DNA from: Alphaproteobacteria bacterium
Lineage (GTDB): Bacteria > Pseudomonadota > Alphaproteobacteria > UBA828
Length of the DNA: 11,803 nt
Assembly (NCBI GenBank): GCA_963667785.2
Contig: CAXXMU010000011.1
Location: forward strand, 1-11,803
Direction: 5' to 3'
The notes below the pieces were generated by a model, which worked only from the letters and a program-made list of their open reading frames with translations, searched no databases and was not told the DNA's origin. Below are positions 1-6,787 of this stretch, in pieces (the first letter of the stretch is position 1; each line of letters starts with the position of its first letter). Position numbers and translations under genes: made by a program.

Positions 1-455
1 AAACCAACACCAACGCGCTGAAGATTCTCGGCGAGGACCGCGTCGACATGATGCTGTGGGACGCGGGTATCCAGCTCTACGCCAACGTCTACTACGCCAC
101 CGACGAGATGCTGGCTGAGCATTCGGATGTGCTGACCCGCTTCCTCACCGGCTCTGCGCGCGGCTGGGGAGAGGCGCGCAAGAACCCGGAGGCGGGCGTC
201 GACCACCTCGTCGCCGAGTACCAGAACCTGGACCGCGCGAGCGAAATGGAAGCCGTGGGGCCGGTGCTCGGATTCTCGTTCAACGACGTGACGGCAGCGG
301 AGGGCTGGGCGGCCATGAACCCCGCCAACTGGCAGGCGCAGATCGACACTTACGCCGAGCTGGAGCAGTTCCAGGGCTCCACGCCCACGCTGGACGACGT
401 GATGACCTTGGATATCCTTGCTGCCACGGAGGCCGTGAGGAGAGAGGTTGGATGA
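1..455 (+). CDS. ABC transporter substrate-binding protein, NMT1/THI5-like (TauA/SsuA clan); 5'-truncated at the window edge
   Basis: The frame is open from nt 3 (TNTNALKILGEDRVD-MMLWDAGIQLYANVYYAT...), so ATG48 is internal. The C-terminal pattern (Y-x-N...FL...RGW..A.KNPE, GWAAM...WQ, DDVMT) is typical of NMT1/THI5-like binding proteins. The stop overlaps the ATPase start (ATGA 452-455). Confidence 0.8.
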   Translation, partial: TNTNALKILGEDRVDMMLWDAGIQLYANVYYATDEMLAEHSDVLTRFLTGSARGWGEARKNPEAGVDHLVAEYQNLDRASEMEAVGPVLGFSFNDVTAAEGWAAMNPANWQAQIDTYAELEQFQGSTPTLDDVMTLDILAATEAVRREVG

Positions 456-1267
456 CGCAAGCCGCCGCCGTGGCGTCGGGCGGCACTGAAGCCTCCCCCG
501 CCACGGCGATCTCGGTGAACGACCTGGTCGTCCGTTTCGAGACGGAGACCGGCAGCGTCACCGCCCTGGAGAGGGTGAGCTTCGGCGTGCCCGAGGGCGG
601 CTTCGTCACCATGCTGGGCCCGTCCGGCTGCGGCAAGTCCACGCTGCTGCGCGCCATCGCCGATCTGGTGCCGCTCTCAAGCGGCGACATCCGTGTCTTC
701 GGCCGCACGCCGGAGGAGGCGCGCCGCGCGCGCGACTTCGCCTTCGTCTTTCAGGATGCGACGCTGCTGCCCTGGCGAAGCGCGATCGACAACGTGCGCC
801 TGCCGCTTGAGGTGGGCCGGCGAGGCGGCGCCGTCGAGCAGCATGCGGAGCCGGAGGAGCTGCTGGCGCTGGTGGGCCTCGAAGGGCGCGAGGATGCGCT
901 CCCCCACGAGCTTTCCGGCGGGATGCGCCAGCGCGTCTCCATCGCCCGGGCGCTCGTCTGCCGCCCCCGCGTGCTGCTGATGGACGAGCCCTTCGGCGCG
1001 CTCGACGAGATCAAGCGCGACAGCCTCAACGAGGAGCTGCTGCGTATCTGGAAGAAGACCGGCACCACGATCATGTTCGTCACGCATTCCGTGCCGGAAG
1101 CCGCGTTCCTCGGCCAGAAATGCCTGGTGCTCTCGGCCCAGCCGGGGCGCGTCCGCGAATACCTGGACATCTCGTTCGATTCGCCCCGCGTCCTCGGCAT
1201 GCGCGACACGCTCGGGTTCGTGCAGGTCACGGCGCACCTGCGCGGCCTCCTGGATGTGCCGCGATGA
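452..1267 (+). CDS. ABC transporter ATP-binding protein, TauB/SsuB/NrtD family
   Basis: Walker A GPSGCGKST, Q-loop VFQ, LLPWRSA, signature LSGGMRQR, Walker B/D-loop LLMDEPFGALD, H-loop VTH. GAGG at 444-447 precedes the ATG. Confidence 0.95.
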   Translation: MTQAAAVASGGTEASPATAISVNDLVVRFETETGSVTALERVSFGVPEGGFVTMLGPSGCGKSTLLRAIADLVPLSSGDIRVFGRTPEEARRARDFAFVFQDATLLPWRSAIDNVRLPLEVGRRGGAVEQHAEPEELLALVGLEGREDALPHELSGGMRQRVSIARALVCRPRVLLMDEPFGALDEIKRDSLNEELLRIWKKTGTTIMFVTHSVPEAAFLGQKCLVLSAQPGRVREYLDISFDSPRVLGMRDTLGFVQVTAHLRGLLDVPR

Positions 1268-2103
1268 CGTCCACGGAGGTCGGTGCCAAGGCCGCCGAGC
1301 CGCAGGCCGCTGCGGCCGTGCGCGAGCGGTCCGGGCCAAGCAGGATGCGGCGGCGCTTCCGCCGCGCACCCGCCGTCATCGCCGCCGTCGGCATGGTGGT
1401 CGTCTGGCACCTCATCGTCACCGGGTTCGAGATCCCGACCTACATCGCGCCGAGCCCGTGGCAGGTCCTGCAGGTGTTTGCGGACCAGGGCCACATCCTC
1501 TGGGTCAATTTCCTGCCGACTTTGCTGGAGGCGGTATGCGGCTTCGTGCTGGGCAACACCATCGCGGTGCTTCTCGCGGTCTGGTTCGTGCACAGCGGGC
1601 TGGCGGAGCGCGCGTTCTACCCCATCGCGGTGTTCATCAACACGATCCCGATCATCGCCATCGCCCCCATCCTGGTGCTGATGCTGGGCAACGGCTACGA
1701 GCCCAAGATCGTCATCGCGGCTCTGATCTGCTTCTTCCCGACCCTCGTCAACATGGTGCGGGGGCTGAAGGCGGTGAGCCCGCAGATGCTGGAGCTGATG
1801 CGCGTGCTGTCGGCCAACGACCGCGAGGTCCTGTTCAAGATCAGGCTGCAGAGCTCGCTGCCCTTTCTCTTCGCGGCATTGAAGATCGCGTCGACCACCT
1901 GCGTCATCGGCGCCATCGTGGGCGAGTGGATCGGCTCCAACTACGGTCTCGGCTCCCTCATCATCGAGGCCACCTACAACTTCCGCGCCCCGCTGCTCTA
2001 CGCCACGGTCATCCTGGGCGCCGGCCTAGCGGTCGCGTTCTTCGTGACCACGTCCCTCGTCGAACGCCAGGTCCTGAAGTGGAAGCCGGGCGCGGTCTAC
2101 TGA
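1264..2103 (+). CDS. ABC transporter permease, TauC/SsuC family (279 aa)
   Basis: Start reassigned to ATG1264, which overlaps the ATPase stop (ATGA). Several hydrophobic segments plus family motifs (PSPWQV, PIIAIAP, FFP, EAA-like LMRVLSANDREVLFKIRL...LP, GAIVGEW...GLG). Confidence 0.92.
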   Translation: MTSTEVGAKAAEPQAAAAVRERSGPSRMRRRFRRAPAVIAAVGMVVVWHLIVTGFEIPTYIAPSPWQVLQVFADQGHILWVNFLPTLLEAVCGFVLGNTIAVLLAVWFVHSGLAERAFYPIAVFINTIPIIAIAPILVLMLGNGYEPKIVIAALICFFPTLVNMVRGLKAVSPQMLELMRVLSANDREVLFKIRLQSSLPFLFAALKIASTTCVIGAIVGEWIGSNYGLGSLIIEATYNFRAPLLYATVILGAGLAVAFFVTTSLVERQVLKWKPGAVY

Positions 2104-2134
2104 TCCCGCCGCGCCCTCACCCGGAGGCAATCGC

Positions 2135-3496
2135 ATGTCATCGCCCGAAATCCTGATCCGCCCCCAAGCCGATGTGCCGGTGGTCGCCGAGGCCGACGTG
2201 GCGGTCGTGGGTGGCGGCCCCGCCGGCATCGCCGCGGCGGTCTCCGCCGCGCGCAACGGCGCGGACGCGCTGCTGGTGGAGCGCTATCCCTACCTCGGCG
2301 GGCTCGCGTCCGGCGGCATGGTGCTGGTGCTCGACGACATGCACAACGACACCGAGATCTCCGTGCGCGGGCTTGCGATGGAGATCATCGAGCGCATGCA
2401 CGCCAAGAGGCTCTGCGTATACCCGCCCGAGGCCGATCGCGACCCTGCCGTCCGGGCGACCCAGGAGATGTGGCGCAAGTGGCGCCGCTGGGGCCTCTTC
2501 GACTTCCACACCCAGTCGAAACCGCATCCCATCATCTTTGCCGCCGCCTTCGATCCGGACGGCTTCAAGCAGGCCTCGCTCGACATGGTGCGCGAGGCCG
2601 GCGTCCGCCTGCGCCTGCACAGCTGGTTCCAGTCCGCCATCGTCGACGACGGCTGCGCCGCCGGCGTCATCGTCGAGACCAAGGAGGGCACGCAGGCCAT
2701 CCGGGCGCGCGCCGTCATCGATGCCACGGGCGATCTCGATGTGGCGGCCAGCGCCGGCGCGGCTTACGAGGACGGCGCCTACATCGTCACCACGGTCTCG
2801 CGCATCGGCGGCGTGGATACCGAGGCGGCGGAGCGCTTCGAGAACGAGGAGCCCGAGCGCTTCGCGGCGCTCGACCGCCAGGCCAAGCGCCTGATCGGCG
2901 GCAGCTGGCAGCACTGGTGGCTCAAGACGCCGCTGCCCGGCATCGTCTGGTGCAACTGCCCGCACATGACCGGGTTCGACGGCATGAAGGTCGCCGATCT
3001 GACGGCGGCCGAGTTCGAGGGCCGCCGGCGCATGCAGGGGCTGCTCGAGTTCGCCCGCGAGAACCTACCCGGCTTCGAGCAGGCGTACTTCGTCGACTTC
3101 GCGCCGCAGACCGGCGTACGCCAGACCCGGCTGCTAAAGGGCGAATACGTGGTCACCAAGCGGGACGTGAGGGACCGCGTGCACTTCCACGACAGCGTCT
3201 GCCGCGGCCGCGACTACTACACCCCCTACCGCGCGCTGCTGCCTGTGGGCGTCGACCAGCTGCTGGTCGCGGGCCGGCACTACTCGGCGACTCCGCAGGC
3301 CCAGAAGATCAGCCGCGAGATCCCGCCCTGCATGGCCATGGGCGAGGCCGCCGGCATCGCCGCGGCCCATGCGCTCGACGGCGGCATCCTTGTGCGCGAC
3401 GTGGACGTGCGCGGCATCCAGAGGCAGATGCGCGCGCAAGGGGCCGATCCCGGTGACAGGCCGGCCGGCAACGCGCACGTGACGGAGGCCGCCTGA
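2135..3496 (+). CDS. FAD-dependent oxidoreductase (FAD_oxidored / PF12831-type)
   Basis: Rossmann motif VVGGGPAG, then ERYPYLGGLASGG, IDATGDLD, RQTRLLKGEY, TPYRALLP, LLVAGR and CMAMGEAAG. SD GGAGG at 2123-2127. Confidence 0.88.
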   Translation: MSSPEILIRPQADVPVVAEADVAVVGGGPAGIAAAVSAARNGADALLVERYPYLGGLASGGMVLVLDDMHNDTEISVRGLAMEIIERMHAKRLCVYPPEADRDPAVRATQEMWRKWRRWGLFDFHTQSKPHPIIFAAAFDPDGFKQASLDMVREAGVRLRLHSWFQSAIVDDGCAAGVIVETKEGTQAIRARAVIDATGDLDVAASAGAAYEDGAYIVTTVSRIGGVDTEAAERFENEEPERFAALDRQAKRLIGGSWQHWWLKTPLPGIVWCNCPHMTGFDGMKVADLTAAEFEGRRRMQGLLEFARENLPGFEQAYFVDFAPQTGVRQTRLLKGEYVVTKRDVRDRVHFHDSVCRGRDYYTPYRALLPVGVDQLLVAGRHYSATPQAQKISREIPPCMAMGEAAGIAAAHALDGGILVRDVDVRGIQRQMRAQGADPGDRPAGNAHVTEAA

Positions 3497-4680
3497 TGGC
3501 AGCGAATGCAGGTGCAGCCGGCGACGGCCCGCTGCCGCTGGATGGCGTGCGCGTCCTCGACTTCACGCAGGTGATGATGGGCCCGTGCTGTACCCAGATG
3601 CTGGGCGACTACGGCGCCGACGTGATCAAGATCGAGCGCGCCGGGCAGGGCGACATCTCGCGCTGGAGCGTCGGCGAAGACCCGGACGGCGGCAACAACC
3701 CGGTGTTCGCGAGCCTCAACCGCAACAAGCGCAGCATGACCCTCGACCTCAAGTCCGACGCCGACAAGGCGGCCGTGCTGCGGCTGGTGGAGACGGCAGA
3801 CGTGGTCGTGAACAACTTCCGCCCCGGCGTCATGGAGCGCATGGGCCTCGGCTACGACGGCCTGCGCCGCATCAACCGGCGCATCATCTACGCCGTCGGC
3901 ACCGGCTTCGGCCTCGACGGCCCCTACGTCCACAAGGGCGGCCAGGACGTGCTGGCCCAGGCCATGAGCGGCGCCATGCACCGCCGCGCGGACCCGGCGC
4001 TGCCGCTCTCCGTCTATCCCACCGCGCTCGCCGATTACGCCGCAGGCATGCACCTGGTGCAGGGGATCCTGCTCGCGCTGCTCCAGCGCGAGCGGACCGG
4101 CGAGGGGCAGCATGTGGCGGTCTCGCTCTACAGCTCCATGCTGGCGATGCAGATGCAGGAAGCGGCCATGTGGATGATGCGGGGCCGCGAGCTCAACTGG
4201 GCCGCCATGCCGCTCTCCGGCGTCTTCGAGACCACCGACGGCGCCATCGTCATGGTCGGCGCCTTCAAGGAGAACCCCTTGCGCGACATCTGCCGGGCGC
4301 TCGGCATCGACGACCTCTCCGCCGATGCCAGGTACGCCACCCTTGAGCAGCAGCAGGCCCACCGGCCCGTGCTTCAGGTGATCTTCCGCGAGAGCTTCGC
4401 CCGCAACACGACCGATCACTGGCTCGAGCGCCTCGGCGCGGTCGACATCCTGTGCGCGCCCGTGAAGTCGCTCCAGGCCGCCCTTGAGGATCCGCAGACT
4501 GCCTGCAACCGCCTGATCGTCGAGCTGGCGCCGACCGCCGGCGGGCCGGTGCGTCTCGTGGCCTCGCCCATCGACATGTCGGCTGCGCCCTTCGCGGTGC
4601 GCCGTGCGCCGCCCACCCTCGGCGAGCATACCGAAGAGGTGCTGGCAGAGGTGGCAGCCGAAGACGGGTGCGCAGCGTGA
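3496..4680 (+). CDS. Family III CoA-transferase (CaiB/BaiF/Frc)
   Basis: PLDGVRVLDF, GP...LGDYGADVIKIE, NRNKRS, NFRPG, AQAMSG, the candidate catalytic Asp in ALADYAAG (codon 4033-4035), and C-terminal PPTLGEHT. TGATG overlap with the upstream gene and SD GGAGG at 3484-3488. Confidence 0.95.
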   Translation: MAANAGAAGDGPLPLDGVRVLDFTQVMMGPCCTQMLGDYGADVIKIERAGQGDISRWSVGEDPDGGNNPVFASLNRNKRSMTLDLKSDADKAAVLRLVETADVVVNNFRPGVMERMGLGYDGLRRINRRIIYAVGTGFGLDGPYVHKGGQDVLAQAMSGAMHRRADPALPLSVYPTALADYAAGMHLVQGILLALLQRERTGEGQHVAVSLYSSMLAMQMQEAAMWMMRGRELNWAAMPLSGVFETTDGAIVMVGAFKENPLRDICRALGIDDLSADARYATLEQQQAHRPVLQVIFRESFARNTTDHWLERLGAVDILCAPVKSLQAALEDPQTACNRLIVELAPTAGGPVRLVASPIDMSAAPFAVRRAPPTLGEHTEEVLAEVAAEDGCAA

Positions 4681-5444
4681 GCGTGGACTTCAGCGTCACG
4701 GACGGCATCGCCCGGGTCACGCTGAACCGGCCGGAGCGGCTGAACGCCGTCGATTCCGCGACCGACGTGGCGCTCGGAAAGATCTGGGGGGAGATCGACC
4801 GGGATCAGAGCGTGCGCTGCGTCGTGCTCACCGGCGCGGGCCGCGCGTTCTGCGCGGGCGCGGACATGAAGGAGGAAGGCCCCGGCGGTCTCGCTTACTG
4901 GGCCGGCACCGGCGACAACGGCTTCGGCGGCATCGCGCTCGGCGGCCGTCTCTCCGTGCCCGTGGTCGCCAGAGTGAACGGGCTCGCGCTCGGCGGCGGC
5001 TTCGAGATGGTGCTGGGCTGCGATCTCGCGATCGCTGCCGAGGGCGCATCGTTCGGCCTGCCCGAGCCCCGCGTCGGCCGCCTGCCGCTCGACGGCATGG
5101 TGACCCTACCCCGCCGGATTCCGCGCGCGCTCGCCATGGGCATGCTGCTCACCGGCCGGCGCATCGGTGCGGTGGAGGCCCTGGGCCTCGGCCTCGTCAA
5201 CGAGATCGCGCCCGAGGGGGCTTTGGACGACGCGGTCGATGCCTGGGTCCGGGATATCGTCGCCTGCGCCCCGCTCAGCCTCAAGGCGATCAAGCGCTCC
5301 GTCCACGACACCGCGCACCTCACGGTCGCGGAGGCCCGCAACGCCCGCCTGCCGAGCCTCGTGGACGCGTTGCAGAGCCGGGATGCGGAGGAAGGCGTCG
5401 CGGCGTTCCGGGAGAAGCGCGCGCCGGCATGGTCGGGGCGGTGA
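4677..5444 (+). CDS. Enoyl-CoA hydratase / crotonase superfamily protein
   Basis: LNRPERLNA, oxyanion-hole motifs AFCAGAD and GGGFE, second glutamate in LPEPRVG, C-terminal EGVAAFREKRAP. Start GTG4677 chosen for its GTGA overlap with the CoA-transferase stop (the ORF track uses 4668). Confidence 0.93.
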   Translation: MSVDFSVTDGIARVTLNRPERLNAVDSATDVALGKIWGEIDRDQSVRCVVLTGAGRAFCAGADMKEEGPGGLAYWAGTGDNGFGGIALGGRLSVPVVARVNGLALGGGFEMVLGCDLAIAAEGASFGLPEPRVGRLPLDGMVTLPRRIPRALAMGMLLTGRRIGAVEALGLGLVNEIAPEGALDDAVDAWVRDIVACAPLSLKAIKRSVHDTAHLTVAEARNARLPSLVDALQSRDAEEGVAAFREKRAPAWSGR

Positions 5445-5773
5445 CCTACGTCATCGCCGAGACCTGCATCGACGTGAAGGACGGCGTCTGCACCGACGTC
5501 TGCCCCGTCGACTGCATCTACGAGGGCGGGCGGATGTATTACATCCAGCCCGACGAGTGCGTGAACTGCGCGCTCTGCGTCTCGGTTTGCCCGGTCGAGG
5601 CCATCTGGTACGAGGACGACCTGCCCGGGAAGTCCGCAGGCTTCGTTGCCATCAACGCCGAGTTCTTCGGCGCATCGGTCACCGGCTGGGGTCAGCCCGG
5701 CGGCCTGAGCCCGGAGTTCCGCACCGAGCGGGATCACCCCGCCGTCGCGGCGTGGAGGGCGGACGGAGGCTGA
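5441..5773 (+). CDS. 7Fe-type ([3Fe-4S]+[4Fe-4S]) ferredoxin, FdxA-like (110 aa)
   Basis: GTG5441 overlaps the hydratase stop (GTGA). The sequence MTYVIAETCIDVKDGVCTDVCPVDCIYEG...ECVNCALCVSVCPVEAI has C9-x7-C17-x3-C21-P, C25 and C40-x2-C43-x2-C46-x3-C50-P. It is hidden at the end of ORF 4604..5773 in the track. Confidence 0.93.
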   Translation: MTYVIAETCIDVKDGVCTDVCPVDCIYEGGRMYYIQPDECVNCALCVSVCPVEAIWYEDDLPGKSAGFVAINAEFFGASVTGWGQPGGLSPEFRTERDHPAVAAWRADGG

Positions 5774-5779
5774 GAGCGG

Positions 5780-6679
5780 ATGCATGCGGCGGTGCTGCGC
5801 TACTTCGAGGCGGTGGCGGAGGACGGATCGATCCGCCGCGCGTCGGAGCGTCTCCACATCTCGCCCTCCGCCGTCAACCGGCAGATCCTGAAGATCGAGG
5901 ACTACTTCGGCACGCCGTTGTTCGAACGGCGGCCCGATGGCATGCGGCTCACCGATGCCGGGCGGCTCGTGCTGCGCCACGCGCAGGCGACGCTGCACGA
6001 CTTCACCCGGCTTCGGGGCGAGATCGACCAGCTGCGCGGCGTGCTCAGCGGCGTCGTGACCATCGCCACCCTGGACAGCCTGACCGTTCACTTTCTGCCG
6101 GATGCGGCCGGGCGCTTCATCGCCGACCATCCGGCGGTGCAGATCCGGGTCGTGGCCTGCGATCCCATGGAGATCGTGCACTCCATCGGCCAGGGAAACG
6201 CCGATCTCGGGCTGACCTTCTCGCCGACACGGCAGCGCGGCATCACGGTTGTGCAGGACATTCCCTGCCCGATGCACGCCATCATGCGCCCGGACCACGC
6301 GCTGGCGACGCGCTCCGCGCTCACGCTGGAGGACTGCGGCACCAGCCGGCTCCTCTATCAGGACAGCTCGAGCTCGATGCAGGCCTTCTTCGGCCCCGAG
6401 ATGGACGCGTTCAAGCGCGCGCACAAGCCGGCCGTGATCTCCAACACGCTGGCTGCGCTGAAGCACCTCCTGCTGCAGGGCGCGGGCGTCGCGTTCTACA
6501 CGCGCATGGGGTTCACGGAAGAGCTGGCCAGCGGGCGGCTGGTCGCGGTGCCGCTCGCGGACGAGCGGCTGTCCTGCCTGCGGCTGAGCCTGATCGCGCC
6601 GTCGGACCGCCTGCCGACGCTGGCCGCGCAGGCCATGGCGGAGCATCTGCAGGAAGCGCTGGTCCGCTTCGCCGCCTGA
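5780..6679 (+). CDS. LysR-family transcriptional regulator
   Basis: N-terminal HTH LRYFEAVAEDGSIRRASERLHISPSAVNRQILKIEDYFGTPLFER...LTDAG, 299 aa, with a C-terminal effector domain (ADLGL, HALA, GAGVA). GGAGG at 5765-5769. Confidence 0.95.
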   Translation: MHAAVLRYFEAVAEDGSIRRASERLHISPSAVNRQILKIEDYFGTPLFERRPDGMRLTDAGRLVLRHAQATLHDFTRLRGEIDQLRGVLSGVVTIATLDSLTVHFLPDAAGRFIADHPAVQIRVVACDPMEIVHSIGQGNADLGLTFSPTRQRGITVVQDIPCPMHAIMRPDHALATRSALTLEDCGTSRLLYQDSSSSMQAFFGPEMDAFKRAHKPAVISNTLAALKHLLLQGAGVAFYTRMGFTEELASGRLVAVPLADERLSCLRLSLIAPSDRLPTLAAQAMAEHLQEALVRFAA

Positions 6680-6787
6680 CCCTTCCCTTGCCGGATCGGT
6701 CCACATTTGGTTCTGGGACCTATAGGCTTTCAAGAAACGTGACGCGCACGTCTGGTTTTCTCGTGAGGCGAGGGGCAAGCTGGCGCC
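6680..6787 (+). promoter_or_regulatory. Probable promoter region of the ung-like operon: candidate -10 TATAGG (6721-6726), candidate LexA box GTCC-N7-GTTC (6699-6713), purine-rich SD-like GAGG/GAGGGG (6765-6775)
   Basis: This is the longest intergenic gap in the window (108 bp) and is visibly AT-richer than the coding sequence. Motifs were read directly. No consensus -35 at 17-bp spacing. Confidence 0.45.

Noticed and set aside
1120-1263. N-terminal extension of the permease in the ORF track
   Set aside because: It overlaps the ATPase by about 150 nt and is low-complexity. ATG1264 gives a standard ATGA coupling.
1-2103. Naming the transporter tauABC or ssuABC
   Set aside because: The family is clear, but no tauD or ssuD/ssuE is present and the binding protein is truncated, so the substrate cannot be assigned.
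3496-5444. Naming the CoA-transferase and hydratase caiB and caiD (carnitine pathway)
   Set aside because: Only family-level similarity is visible. There is no CaiA, CaiC or CaiT in the window, and the transporter is not of the betaine/carnitine type.
4604-5773. Apparent 389-aa protein with a C-terminal ferredoxin domain
   Set aside because: The N-terminal part is an Arg/Gly-rich off-frame reading of the hydratase gene. The real ferredoxin starts at GTG5441 with the canonical MTYVI N-terminus and a GTGA overlap.
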